DNA of 64,000 nt from Tolypothrix carrinoi HA7290-LM1 (GCA_019358935.1 JAHHIK010000009.1:1-64000); one strand, 5' to 3'. Shown: positions 1 through 12,000, numbered from the stretch's first letter. The notes: generated by a model not told the origin, from the sequence alone. Translations and numbers: made by a program.

Positions 1-124
1 AGTTCTTCCGGAGCCAACTGGAGAAGCGTTTCACGGTCTAGTTTCACAGGCAGGTCTTTTTCCATAATTGTGATATTCCGCCTGAGATGTCACACTTGTC
101 AATACCCCTGACCTGAATCCTTAC
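1..124 (-). mobile_element. Left end of an IS66-family element; transposase ORF starts at 65 and runs off the window
   Basis: Minus strand from 124 reads GTAAGGATTCAGG (IS66 ends begin GTAAG), followed by ATG at 65 giving MEKDLPVKLDRETLLQLAPEE. It abuts the 3' end of the ISL3 pseudogene. Confidence 0.6.
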
Positions 125-655
125 CAACAAAGTAAACATTTAACTCGGAAATTAGCTTTCATTGCGAAAGCCATAAGCAGACCTTTTAATTAATTTAAGT
201 TTATTATTTATGCCCTCAACAACACCACTACTCGTTCTATTATCAAAGTATGCGATTATTTCATCGCAAAGAGCGAATAATAGTTTGCCGACTTTCCGGA
301 AAGTACTTTACTGCGTTTTGAAGCCAACGACCAAGATTAAATAAAGCAATTAACCAATCATCTGTCCGCTCAAAAATCATTCGTAACTCTTCTTTTAAAT
401 CATACATTTTTCCTAAAAATGGACACGCCTTTTTAACTTGTTCTAATTTTACTTTTTGTTGTGCTTTCAGATTATTTTTATTTTTTAGCAGTGAGTATTT
501 ACTTTTATTTACTGCTTCTAAAATCTCTCGTTTTTCGGATTTTGAATCGAGCTTTTCAGCTTGACATTTTTGTTGCTTACGTTGTTTGTCTAGCTCATCA
601 ATAACTTGCTTCATAACATGAAATCTATCCGCAATTACTTGAGCATTTGGCATTA

Positions 656-1972
656 GAGTATTGCAAGAAATAAATGATCCAAAATTAAGCAGAGTTACAA
701 AAGATTTCAACAAACCATTTTTTCAAGTTTGGTAAACGCTGAATTTTCTTTTCAACTTCCGCCATTGCCTCTTCAGTCAACTTGACTCCTGTATGGTAAA
801 CTCGATCAATCAAAGTAACCGTAGGATTTTTACCCTTAAAAGTTAGAGTCGAAGCTAACTTGAGTACGGCATCAACACTCTCTAGCAGGCTACCGCTCCA
901 ATGTTGTTCGAGCCACCCAAAAGCTCGTTCAATAGGGTTGTATTTGCTGTGGTAGGGTGGATAGTAAGCTAATTGGATCGTAAGTTGAAACTTGTGGGCA
1001 AATTCAAGGATACGAAACATAAATTGAGTTCGCCGAGAGTTATTTTCTGGTCCATTGTCTTGGTTGATAACTATTTTATGGATGTGAGAAAAGCGCTCTG
1101 TGACTGCTAACCACCAATCTTCAAGTATGTCAACAATACAATCAGCAGTCAGTTTGGACTGAATGAAGAATAAAAATAGCTCACCTTCTTGAGGTAAAAA
1201 AATACCGTAGGGAGTTAAAGTTGGGCAATCTGAAAAGTCATGATCCAAGGCAACAGTAGTGACACGAGTTTTTCCACCTCTGTCAAATTCCCCAACTTTT
1301 ATCCCAACCTTTGCGTCGAGAGAAATCCTTAGTGTTGTTGGGTCATCGTCAGCTTGCTGATTTATACGATTAACCTCTTTAAAAATAGCTCCTGTTTCTG
1401 GTATCTCTTTTATCGGCTTGGTTTTGGCAACCCGCTTTAAGCCATAACCCAATTGATTCAATCGTTGTCGAATAACCTCAATTGAAGGCAGTTCTTCATC
1501 CTGATATCCTTTTAGTTCAATCAGTTGATGACGAACCTCTGCTGCCGAGAGGCGAGTGTATAGTTTAATGCTGTTGAAAGTTGGGTCTGTTTGACTCTGC
1601 GGGTCTACAATTGACACTATGTCTGACAGTAAGTTCGTCAAATTCTCTTCACTACGCTTACGTCCCCTAAGCCTAAACGAATCGGCAATCGACATTCCAT
1701 GCTCTAATTCTTGCATTCCTTTACGAATGGTGCGTCTATTCCAACCTAATTCTCTTTCTGCTATTATTTGTCCTCCTCTTCCTAAACCTTTAACTACTTC
1801 TGCCATAAATTGCCGTCTATCACTTCCTTTTAATTTCTTAGATGTGTTGATGTAAAGGGATTTAAGGCTGTCCGTGAGTTGGATAAGGGATTCTGGAAAC
1901 ATAGAACAGATGGCACACTGATTGTTTCTCCACTATCCCAGCATTTTGGATCATTTATTTCTTGGATTACTC
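656..1972 (-). mobile_element. ISAzo13-family insertion sequence, apparently intact
   Basis: Terminal inverted repeats GAGTATTGCAAGAAATAAATGATCCAAAA / GAGTAATCCAAGAAATAAATGATCCAAAA. TTA duplication at 653-655 and 1973-1975; removing the element restores the ISL3 frame (EELMPNAQ). Confidence 0.92.
685..1902 (-). CDS. ISAzo13-family transposase
   Basis: 405 aa; ISLDAK, NQDNGPEN and YYPPYHSKYNPIER motifs. Confidence 0.92.
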   Translation of the reverse strand: MFPESLIQLTDSLKSLYINTSKKLKGSDRRQFMAEVVKGLGRGGQIIAERELGWNRRTIRKGMQELEHGMSIADSFRLRGRKRSEENLTNLLSDIVSIVDPQSQTDPTFNSIKLYTRLSAAEVRHQLIELKGYQDEELPSIEVIRQRLNQLGYGLKRVAKTKPIKEIPETGAIFKEVNRINQQADDDPTTLRISLDAKVGIKVGEFDRGGKTRVTTVALDHDFSDCPTLTPYGIFLPQEGELFLFFIQSKLTADCIVDILEDWWLAVTERFSHIHKIVINQDNGPENNSRRTQFMFRILEFAHKFQLTIQLAYYPPYHSKYNPIERAFGWLEQHWSGSLLESVDAVLKLASTLTFKGKNPTVTLIDRVYHTGVKLTEEAMAEVEKKIQRLPNLKKWFVEIFCNSA

Positions 1973-2819
1973 TTAGTTCTTCAACTAAATTTTTCTAAGG
2001 TTTCCATAAATCTATGCTAACCTCTTCAATGTTACATAAAACCTCAACTCCCCACTCTATAAACACTTCCCTAATTTTATCTTGCGTGCGTTCGCTCAAA
2101 ATAGCGATTAATTTCCTCTTTTCTAAATCTACTAAAACTGCACAGTAATTTCCTTGCCCTTTTCTCAATGCTATTTCATCAATTCCTAATCGTTTCAAGT
2201 CGAATGGTTTTGAGTCTAAAAATTCTTGAGATGCGTCTTTTAACATCGTTTCTATCTCTTCCGGGGTAGCATGGTTTCTTTTTGCCACACTCTTAATATC
2301 ATCTTCTAAAACTTGTTGTACAATATCTTTCGCCAATCTTTTTGTATAAGTCCTTTTCTTTTTAACAAAATCTAATTCTTCACTAAATGGTTTACGACAT
2401 TTTTCACACTTAAACTGCCGTCTATTTATTTCTAAATATACTGGTTGACCACTTAACGGTAATCTTTAATTAGAAATCGATGATTTTGGTGTAATCTGTG
2501 ACTCTTAGTTCCACAGTGTGGACAAATGCTTTCTTTTTTACAAGGCTCAATTTGTAAAATTACACCTATCCCTTCATGTTGGCGTTTAGATATTACTTTT
2601 ATTTCCTCAATATTCAGAAGTTCTGTTAGAAGTTTATTACCAGATTTATAAGTCATGACTAAAATATACCTTGTTCTTGTATTTATCATCGTCTCAAAAA
2701 ACGATTAAATTACCCAAATGTCAAGCCGAGGAAAACTTTTCTTGTTTTTTGTATATACATTTTTTCATGTTTTTTGTGGAAATAACTAACTTTTTAGCAT
2801 ATCAATTACCGAAGAACCA

Positions 2820-3158
2820 GTTAAAAGTTCCAAAACTCGCACAGTTGTGAATCGAGCAGGAAGATGCATTTCGTATGGCTGCACAAACCCTTTGTCGTAG
2901 CAACTGTGCATTAGGAGCATATTACCGTCGTATGCTTTTCCCGCATGGGCGCACCAAAGGCAATTACCGCTACTGCTCATAAAGAGCGCACGCATTTTTT
3001 ATCGCCTTTGGACATCTGGCGATCGCTACACTGACCCAGGTATTGATGCCTATGAGCAACAGTATCGAGACCGTATGCTTAAAAACCTTAAGAAAAAAGC
3101 TCTGGCTTTGGGCTTAGAACTCATCCCTATTTCTAACGCAACGGAATGTGTTTCTTAG
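2820..3158 (+). pseudogene. IS110-family transposase C-terminal remnant
   Basis: Frameshifted reading AFRMAAQTL..ALGAYYRRM..GAPKAITATAHK..RIFYRLWTSG..YEQQYRDRMLKNLKKKA. Confidence 0.75.
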
Positions 3159-3199
3159 GAGTTGACCCATCAAGTAGCCCCCGGAGTGTTATATCTCGC

Positions 3200-3810
3200 T
3201 TCTGGTGAATGCCGAGAGTCTGGATTTATATTAAGGGCAAGCAATGGTCAATTCACAGCCGCGCGTTGGAGCGAACGAGACAACGTGGACTATCCGTTAA
3301 ACCTTGCCTTGCCGCTATTGAGGTTTCTACTGCGGAGGATTTGGCTACTCGCTGGCAGGAGATTGCTACGGATGTTGCGTTTTAAGGACTGGGCTTGTAC
3401 TTCGAGATGGTCTTTCGGGAAACAACCCTTGATTATTGGTGGGAGAGTAGTTGAAAGGATGTGGCTAAGGGGCGATCGCGGAGCACGCCCTATGCCCCAA
3501 CCAAGCTTCGCTTGGTTGCTTTGAGCGAAGCTCAGGGGGAGGGCAGTTTCCCAAACTGCCCTCCGGGCATATACGGGCGATCGCTTCTCTCCCCAACGCC
3601 CCCCTCTGTGACAATATGAATGAGAGCAATTGCTCAATGCTATCCGCGCTCATATTTTAGATTTAAGCGGTCGAATTTGACCGTCGCTCATTTTAGGATT
3701 GACCCCCACTGGTCGTGCTACGGTAAAACAGTTACGGTGAAATCGCTGGTCTTGTGGTTAAAGAGCGCCGCGCTCTGTTTACCGAGTGAGAACATCCAAC
3801 CAAAGATTTA
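3200..3810 (+). pseudogene. Possible degraded HNH endonuclease remnant
   Basis: Patches NLAL and ILGLTPTGRATVKQL resemble a common cyanobacterial HNH family; multiple stops and interruptions. Confidence 0.3.
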
Positions 3811-3818
3811 ATTGAATA

Positions 3819-5025
3819 CTCCCTTCCCGCCAGAAGATTACCGATAATGTAAGATAAAGTATTACGCAAGTAGTGCTGGGGTAGCTGAAATGCATAAATC
3901 TCTACTGAACCGAACATTCCAACTAGGCGATCGTCAACTAGACTTAGACTTGTGGCAAAAATTGTACTACAAGCATCAACAAGAATATTTGCGTCAAAGA
4001 TTATTAGCAATTAAATACTTGTATGAGGGTAAAACCAGAACAGAAGTGTCGGAATTACTAAACTGTACATATAAAACTTTATCAACTTGGATAGATAAGT
4101 TTCTTGAAGACGGGTTGAATGAATTAGTTAAACCAATAGCCCATCGAGTACCGTCTAGATTAAACTCAGAGCAAAGGCAAGAACTCAAAATAATGTTGCT
4201 ATCAGAGAAACCAGTAGACTACGGCATAGATAGAAATATTTGGACAGGTGAAATTATTAGTAGCGTGATTGAATCACGATGGAGAGTTAAGTTGAAAACG
4301 AGTCGAATATATGAAATATTAGAAGAATTAAATTTATCCCACCAAAAAGCACACCGAGACTACGATAATGCTGATACAGAACAACAAAAACTTTTTGTAT
4401 CAACTTTCAAAAAAACTGCAATCTAAGCAAGAAAAAGAAAAAATAGTATTTTTTGATGAATTTGCTGTCTACGACCGTCCGAGTATTTTTTATGGATGGG
4501 CTGAAAAGAATACGCGTCCTCAGATACCAAGCAATGAAAAAGGACGAAGGAACAAATTAAATGGAATGATTGCTGTGGATGCCGTAACAGGTGAAGAATA
4601 TTTAAAATTAAAAGAAAAATCAAAAACTGAAGATGTATCTAGTTATTTTGCCCTCCTGGCAAGCGATTGTGTTGAACAGGGATTTAACAAACTGAGTGTA
4701 ATTTTAGATAATAACTCTACACATAAGAACAAAATGCAACTTCAATTGCAAGATCACCTTTCAAATTTGGATATTCAGGATAAAATTGTCGTGAATTTTA
4801 TTCACACTCCTCCCTATTCACCAGATTTTAATTTAGCGGAGTATATAATTCATCTTTTAAGACTTCAACTTTTACATCATCTTCCCCTTGGTGTGAACAT
4901 TCAACAAGTACGAGAGAAGCTAGAAAATTATTTTCAACATTCCCATCTTCAGACATCAGAACAAATTCAAAACACAATTCAACACATTTATACTTTAGTT
5001 TAGTAATCTTAGAGTGAGAATGAAG
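3819..5025 (+). mobile_element. IS630-family insertion sequence
   Basis: TA at 3817-3818 and 5026-5027; imperfect TIRs CTCCCTTCCCGCCAGAAGATTAC / CTTCATTCTCACTCTAAGATTAC. Confidence 0.85.
3890..5003 (+). CDS. IS630-family transposase in two frames (HTH 3890-4426, DDE to 5003), probable programmed -1 frameshift
   Basis: A-run TTTCAAAAAAAC near 4404-4416 at the overlap; FFDE, ILDNNSTH and PPYSPDFNLAE motifs. Confidence 0.88.
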
Positions 5026-5027
5026 TA

Positions 5028-5192
5028 GTCTTTTTGATGCTTGTAGTATAGTTTTTGCTACAACTCTAAGTTGAACTGGCGATCGCATAGTTGGAATGTT
5101 CGGTTTCTCAGATATTCACCCATAATGTTCCCCTTATCACCTTATGTATTACTTTTTCCTACATTATCGGTAATCTTCTAGTGGGAAGGGAG
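5028..5192 (-). mobile_element. Left-end remnant of a second, related IS630 copy in inverted orientation
   Basis: Reverse complement matches 3819-3985, covering the TIR and the transposase start (MGEYLRNRTFQLCDRQFNLEL*QKLYYKHQKD). Confidence 0.8.
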
Positions 5193-5205
5193 TAAGCTAA
5201 TCAAC

Positions 5206-5571
5206 TCATCTAAGAGAACAAACTCCGTCGTCTTTATCGCTTTCTAGTTTGATTTTGAATGCAGCGGCGATGGCTTTGTCTACAAGTGCGATCGCATTCT
5301 CTACAGCATTTATAATCTGTTGGTCGTTTGTCTTTTTAGATAGGTGTCTAAGCTGCATAAGTTGGCTTTTAGCAGCCCCACCATATGCTCGTACTTTGAT
5401 TAAATCTGCGGGTGGTTTTTCTCTCATAACCCGTTTCAACCCACAATTTCTCAGATACTCAGAGGCAGTTTGATTGGTAGCAGCAGCTTTATCCTCAATG
5501 ATAGCTTTCTCGTCATCGAAGAGATATACCTTTAGGGATTTCTTTCTCGTAGTGTTTGAATTCGTTGTCAT
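5206..5571 (-). CDS. MobC/MobA-like ribbon-helix-helix plasmid mobilisation accessory protein
   Basis: RKKSLKVYLFDDEKAIIEDKA..TASEYLRNCGL is a typical RHH MobC-type N-terminus. Confidence 0.65.
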   Translation of the reverse strand: MTTNSNTTRKKSLKVYLFDDEKAIIEDKAAATNQTASEYLRNCGLKRVMREKPPADLIKVRAYGGAAKSQLMQLRHLSKKTNDQQIINAVENAIALVDKAIAAAFKIKLESDKDDGVCSLR

Positions 5572-5781
5572 ATAAAGTTATATATATTTTGAATTTCTGT
5601 TTGCAATTTATAATTATTTTGATTTTGGTTATGTAAAATTGGCTTAATCAAAGTCGTTACGAATAAATATACTCTTTTAACGAATATTCCTTATTCTCAA
5701 TAATTAGTTTTATTGCAATTACTTTTAATCGAAATTAATAAATTGATTTGACTACTTGAAACAGTCTGTTGGTTTATATTC

Positions 5782-6172
5782 GACCCTAGTAAACATACCT
5801 TGTCCAAGTACGGGGATATGGCACAATAGCAGTATCTTCCCAGTACGCCAGTGCCACCACATGACTGTTATAACCGACACAGTATGTTTATGACAATGCG
5901 TAAAATACTGCAATGCCTACAATGTTTGTGTAGTGAGATACTGTTCTAATTGTAAACGCAGGCGATCGCGGGTTATTTATCTAAATAAATATATTTAAAA
6001 GTAAGTATAAAAAATATTTAAAGTACTGAAAAAAATCTCCAATTAGAAAATAAAAAATAAGACAAAGTGTTTTATATTGTGTTACATAACGAGACGGGGA
6101 GGATTGGGAATTTGTGATAATTGAGGTATTACTGACCCTAGTAAACATACCTTGTCTAAGTGCGGGGATATG
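5782..6172 (+). repeat. Two 39-bp direct repeats (5782-5820 and 6134-6172)
   Basis: GACCCTAGTAAACATACCTTGTC(C/T)AAGT(A/G)CGGGGATATG, 37/39 identical. Confidence 0.9.
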
Positions 6173-6480
6173 ACTTTTTAGGGCGAGCCTGTGGTAGCGA
6201 GGGGATACTACTGCAATGCTGGGATATAGCTAGTGTATGTGTAACCATACCATGAGTTTAACAATACGCATGTACTAGGAATACTCCTACTATGCTGGGG
6301 TATTGTGAGGGAAACAGGAGCATAGTCGGAGATGACATTTTCTCAGTATGAGGTTATGGTATAAGCAAGTACAGACCAGCACTTATATTTTACGATTTGT
6401 CTATCATCTATTAGTACAATTCTCGTGCTGTAATACTTCAATTGTGAAGCGCGTGGTTAGTAGGGTTTAAAGGGAGGGAG

Positions 6481-6987
6481 ATGAGTACAGAATTTGTTAT
6501 ACCGCAGATAAAGAGGAGTGGGAATACGGAGACGGGGAAGATGTTCAAGTACTTGATATCTAACCCGATGGAGATGGGGTTGGTAGAGACAGTAGTATAT
6601 ACCCTCAAAGCGTTTTGGTTGCCCCTGTCGATGCATTCAGTTGGGATTAGGGGAGAAAAACTGAGGAAGGTTGCCTTATGGGCGATTGGAGTATTGGAGA
6701 GCCAGATTCAGACGATTAAGCGTGTGTGTGGATTGGAGGAGATATCACAGTTGGTACTGATTACCCCTATGGTTAGTCCGCAAACAGCAGCAGTGGTTTC
6801 TCCTGCTGTGGCGTATCAAGAACCAAATAGTAATGCTTCTTCTTCTGTTGCTACACTTGCCCAACAAGAAGAATTATCCCAACAAAACGCATCTGGGGTA
6901 GAGGATAATTATGATGACTTTTTTGATGATGATTCGGATGTGATACCTGCGGGGGCGATTGAGGGGGATGCAGGATTTAGGGTCTAA
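6481..6987 (+). CDS. Hypothetical plasmid protein (LKAFWLP motif; possible ParM partner)
   Basis: 168 aa, GGAGG RBS, acidic tail. Resembles small proteins I recall beside cyanobacterial ParM/StbA genes; unverified. Confidence 0.65.
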   Translation: MSTEFVIPQIKRSGNTETGKMFKYLISNPMEMGLVETVVYTLKAFWLPLSMHSVGIRGEKLRKVALWAIGVLESQIQTIKRVCGLEEISQLVLITPMVSPQTAAVVSPAVAYQEPNSNASSSVATLAQQEELSQQNASGVEDNYDDFFDDDSDVIPAGAIEGDAGFRV

Positions 6988-7033
6988 AAAAGAAAAATTT
7001 CTCGTTTTGGCGAGGAATTTTTCTTTGTTTCGT

Positions 7034-7357
7034 TTAATTCACAAATACTTCGTGATTATGGAGGGTTTTACCAATAACGGTGAGGATATTGAGTATATAG
7101 TTGGCATCGTTACCACAGAAAGTGACTTGACCAACTGTGGTTGTAGATGTGGAAAATTCTGATTTGTTAGTGCGAATAAGACGATAATAATCTCGAAGTT
7201 TGGGAAGGTCATCCTTGCTAAAAGGGATATAATCGGGATCAATTTCTTTACCACAGAATCGGGCAATATCGTAGGCGATACTACTGGGGATGGACTCAAC
7301 AATTGCTATGACATCTCTAGTTTGAGGATTGTCAATTTTGTAGAAAGTTTTAGACAT
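7034..7357 (-). CDS. Hypothetical protein
   Basis: ATG at 7357 with AGGAG RBS (MSKTFYKIDNPQ...). Confidence 0.65.
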   Translation of the reverse strand: MSKTFYKIDNPQTRDVIAIVESIPSSIAYDIARFCGKEIDPDYIPFSKDDLPKLRDYYRLIRTNKSEFSTSTTTVGQVTFCGNDANYILNILTVIGKTLHNHEVFVN

Positions 7358-7515
7358 GAGTTTTTCTCCTGCCAATTGTTTCAGCAGAATTTCGCGTCAA
7401 GCGGCTGTAAAAAAAAGACGGCGAGGTCAGAAAAAATAAAAATTCCTCAGTTCATGAGGGATTGAGGTTTTGAATTGGTTGATTGAAGTATTTTGAATTC
7501 ACATGATTCTCATAA

Positions 7516-8420
7516 TGAACTACCCCGCCGCGTAGGCGGACGGGGTTTCTCCCGGTTCCGCCACTAGCTCGGATTTTTGTCTCTTCGCTTGCCCAAGTTG
7601 CTTCATAGATCCGGTATTCTTGCATTTACTAGTCTTTGAAGTAGAGCTTAGACATCCAAGACTATCGAGGCTGGTTCCCAACCCCGGTTGTTGATTAGTC
7701 ACAACGTTGTACATCACTATCGCGCTACCCGCATCACGTGGTATTTCAAATCCACAATCTGAGCATACATGGTGACGATTTGATAGCTCTGCCCATTCCT
7801 TATGAATTATTCCACACTTGGGGCAACGCTGAGATGGCTTGATATTTTTGGTCGGTAGCACAATCATCAATCCGCCCTTCGCTTCAATCTTGTAGGTCAG
7901 CATCTTGTTGAGAGTGCCAAAACCCACAGAAAGAATAGACTTATTGAGTCCCGCTTTTTGCTTCTTACGTTTGCTACCTTTTTTTGCTTTGCGGGTCATC
8001 CCCTTCGTGTTGAGATGCTCAGTTACGCCGATGTCATAACGACTTGCAATCTCTGACGTAACCTTATGCTGCCAATCCCGACGCTGAGTCCCAGCATGAG
8101 CGTTGTAGTCTTGCAACACGCTTGTTTGCTTTCTTCCAACGTTGCGACGCCTTGGTTTTCTTGTTTCTGTTAGGAGCTTGTTTGCGTCGTAATTCTTTGG
8201 AAGCACGTTTTATTTTGACCTCGGTCTTTTGAGTAAAACGTGGATTAGATATCTGCTCAACATCCTTTCCGTTATAGGTCGTAATGGCTGTCTCGCATCC
8301 GAGATCAAAAGCCACAATTGAGTTGTATGCCAACTCAGATTGAGACCCAAACTTTGCTGCAACGTCGGAGACTTCGACGGTAAAAGATGCAAACCATTGC
8401 TTCAAACCTGGTTTGTAGAG
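7516..8420 (-). pseudogene. tnpB: IS200/IS605-type TnpB RNA-guided endonuclease, 5'-truncated and frameshifted near 8098; right end retained
   Basis: RuvC-I AFDLG, RuvC-II VTEHL, SQRCPKCG / CSDCG zinc finger, RuvC-III RD; 3' hairpin CCCCGTCCGCCTACGCGGCGGGGTAGTTCA. Confidence 0.85.
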
Positions 8421-8620
8421 TTTGGTAGTGCCAAAAACTCTTCTAACCACTGTTGCTTACTAATGCCGTAATTCTCAATGTCCTCCCATCCCTGCGCTCC
8501 CGCGATGATTGCCAGAATCGGAATTACTAAGATGTCTGTGAGTTGATGTTTCTTGGTTCGCTCTACTCTTGGGTCTTTGATATCCGCAAAATGCTCGACT
8601 AGACTCTGCTGAATACTGGC
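8421..8620 (-). pseudogene. ISAs1-family transposase N-terminal remnant
   Basis: SLVEHFADIKDPRVERTKKHQLTDILVI..GAQGWEDIENYGISKQQWLEEFLALPN, joined directly to the TnpB remnant. Confidence 0.8.
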
Positions 8621-9057
8621 GAAAAAGTTGCTATGACAACTATTTTTAGCCCTGATTCTGATGTTGGCTCTGGCTTGATATCAACCCTATGAAAGTCAAA
8701 CCTGTCTCATGGTATGACTGTGGGAAGTGAGCAAATTAACAATTACAGGTCACGACCGCAGAGCGATTGCAAAGGAGCGTAGTATCGATTGAGCAAATGG
8801 TTAACAAAACCTGGAATTCGGTTTGCTTCGTTCAACACTGCCCGTCGAACAATTCTTTAAATTATCAGCTATGTACATAATTTGCAAAGGGCAAGTTAAA
8901 GGCGTTACTATACTAAAGGGAATATTTTAGCGCGGCCGCAGAATTCGGAACTCAAATTTTTGGAGTGGTTGCTTCTCGCGAGTTTTAGTCAAGTCAATGG
9001 CTTGTCAGACCGCAGTTAAAGCAACACAACCCATGGTACTGATCGGGAGAGAGTTCA

Positions 9058-12000
9058 ATGATTGCTCTAGCTGGGATCGCCTTCCATTGCAAAATCTATT
9101 CAAGTTCAGCATCTGTTGTGTACCGGGGTATCAGGGTGCAGGATGGTCGGGCAATCATCGTCAAACTACTTAAGCAAGATTATCCCTCTCCTGAAGAACT
9201 AATTCGCTATAGGCAGGAATATGAAATTACCCGTTCCCTCAAAGAGGAAGGAGTAATCAAAGCATATAGTCAGCAAGACTATCAGCGCACGCTCGTTATT
9301 CTCTTGGAAGATTTCGGTGGAGAATCTATCGAAAGATGGATGCGGCAGCAACCAAACTTTTGTCCTATACCTTTATCCAATTTCTTACGATTAGCAATCG
9401 ATATCACAGATATTTTGGGCAGAATTCATGCTGCTGGAGTCATTCACAAAGATATCAATCCTAGCAACATCGTCCTTAATCCGAATACTGGCGTTGTCAA
9501 AATTATTGACTTTGGTATTGCCACCCGCTTTAACCGCACCAATCCGACGTTCAAAAGTCCCCATGTGTTAGAAGGCACGCTTGCCTATCTGTCGCCAGAG
9601 CAAACCGGGCGGATGAACCGGATGCTCGACTATCGCACCGATTTCTACTCGCTGGGCGTAACCTTCTACGAACTGTTAACTGGACAGCTACCGTTCCCCA
9701 CTCAAGACATCCTGGAGCTAGTTCATTGCCATATTGCCAAACCGCCGATTCCTCCGCATGAATTGAACGCCACGATTCCCAAACCCATTTCAGGCATAAT
9801 TTTGAAGTTGATGGCGAAAAATGCGGAGGATCGCTATCAAAGTGCCTGGGGCATCAAAGCGGATCTAGAACGCTGCGCTCAACAACTGGCAGAAATGGGT
9901 CAGATCAACGCCATGCCGTTGGGACTGCAAGATGTTTCAGAACAGTTTTGCATTCCTCAGAAACTGTATGGACGAGAAGCGGAGACTAAAGCATTATTGG
10001 CGGCGTTTGACAGAGTGGCTAGAAAAGAGACGTTTGGCGAAATTTGTCAACTAAAGGAAGGCATAGAAAATGCTCAATTCAATGTCGAACTCATGCTCGT
10101 TGCTGGTTACGCTGGCGTTGGCAAAACAGCATTGGTGCAAGAACTCTATAAACCCATTACAGCAAAGCACGGCTATTTCATATCGGGTAAATTTGACCAA
10201 TTCAGGCGCAATATTCCCTACAGCGCCATTGTGGATGCCCTGCAAAAGTTGGTGCAGCAACTTCTGGGGGAACCGGATGAGCAAGTGCAACAGTGGCGAT
10301 CGCGTCTGCTCTCAGCTTTAGGAAGCAATGGGCAAATCATCATTGATGTCATTCCTGAAGTTGAATTAATTATTGGCAAACAGCCACCCGTACCCGAAGT
10401 TGGAGCAACTGAAGCTCAAAATCGCTTTAATCGAATCTTTCAAAATTTTGTGCGGGTGTTTTGTTCAAAAGAACATCCCCTGGTCATCTTCTTAGACGAT
10501 TTACAATGGTTCGACTCCGCGACGCTGAAGTTAATCGAGTTAATATTACTCGACGAGCAAACCCAATATCTATTTTTGATTGGAGCCTACCGAGACTCGG
10601 AAGTGCATCCAACGCATCCACTAGTATTAACGCTCTTAGAACTACGAAACCAAGGGGCAGTACTTCAGGAGATTACCTTAGCACCCTTAACGCTCGAACC
10701 CTTGAGTCAACTGATTGCCGAGACGCTAGGTCGCAATATTGACACCGTTCGTTCTTTAGCCCAATTAGTGTTACGTAAAACCGAAGGCAACCCTTTCTTT
10801 GTCGGTGAATTTTTGCGAATGCTGTATAGCGAAAATCTGTTAATTTTTAATGCGAAACAGTTAAGCTGGCAGTGGGATATTGCTCAAATTCAAGCCCAAA
10901 ATATTACCGATAATGTGGTGGAGTTGCTGCTGATCCAGTTGAAGAAATTGCCAAATGAAACACGGCGAATTCTTCGCTTAGCCGCTTGTGTTGGAGCTGA
11001 ATTTGATTTAGAAACGTTAGCGATCGCTTGTGAAAAATCGCCGAAAGTAATTTCTCTAGATTTACTAGCTGCAATACATGCTGGATTAATTCAACCTCTA
11101 TCTGAATTAGACGAAAACTTGTTAGTTCAAGACTACAAGTTTTTGCACGATCGGGTACAGCAAGCTGCTTATGCCTTAATTGATGAGCCGCAAAAACAAG
11201 TTGTTCATCTCCAAATTGGTCGCAATTTACTCGAAAAAACTTCACCAGAGCAGCGATCAGAGCGACTGTTTGAAATCGTCGATCATCTCGATCGGGGAAT
11301 TGAGTTTGTCACCGCTCGAGTAGAACGAAATGAAATTGCCAAATTGAATTTAATGGCAGGTCAGAAAGCAAACACAGCAACGGCTTATGAAGCAGCTCTT
11401 CAGTATTTCAATATAGGACTGAAACTCCTAGATACAGACAGTTGGCTCAGTGAGTATGACCTTACCTTAGCACTGTACTCAGAAGCAGCAGCGGCAGCGT
11501 ATCTTCACGGTCGCTTTAGTGAAATGGAACACTTCGTCGAAGTGGTACTCAATCGCGCCAAAACAGCGATCGACAAAGTGCAGGTTTACGATAGCAGAAT
11601 TCAGGGATATTTGTCACAGGGCAACCTGAAATCAGCACTAAAAATTGGCTCGGAAGTGTTAAAGCTCCTGGGAATAGATTTAATAGAAAATCCAAGTCAG
11701 GTAGATATTCAAAGGGAATTGGAGTCAACGGCTGCACTACTCGCTGAACGAGAAATCGAAGACTTAATTAATCTACCAAAGATGACCGCACCAGAACCGC
11801 GCTCAGCAATTTATATCCTAGCGAATATTGTGGCTGCTGCAAATATGGTATCACCAGCACTAATGATACTGATTGTGTGCAAAATGGTAAATTTATCGCT
11901 CGACTACGGCAATGCTACCTGGTCACCACTGAGTTATGCTTCCTACGGAGTTATTCTATGTGAAGTTGTTCAAGACATTGAACTCGGTTATAAATTTGGC

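Larger units (their letters stand above)
121..2818 (-). pseudogene. ISL3-family element with disrupted transposase (frameshifts near 2460 and 268, in-frame stop at 1995, ISAzo13 insertion)
   Basis: Fragments CPHCG zinc finger, LGIDEIALRKG, SIDLWKP, IADRFHV and EGINNKLKLIKRSAYGFRN join into one ISL3 transposase. A GGTTCTTCGG left end lies at about 2818. Confidence 0.85.

Noticed and set aside
4404..4416. Split IS630 transposase as a pseudogene
   Set aside because: An A-rich slippery site between HTH and DDE halves is a normal IS630 arrangement.
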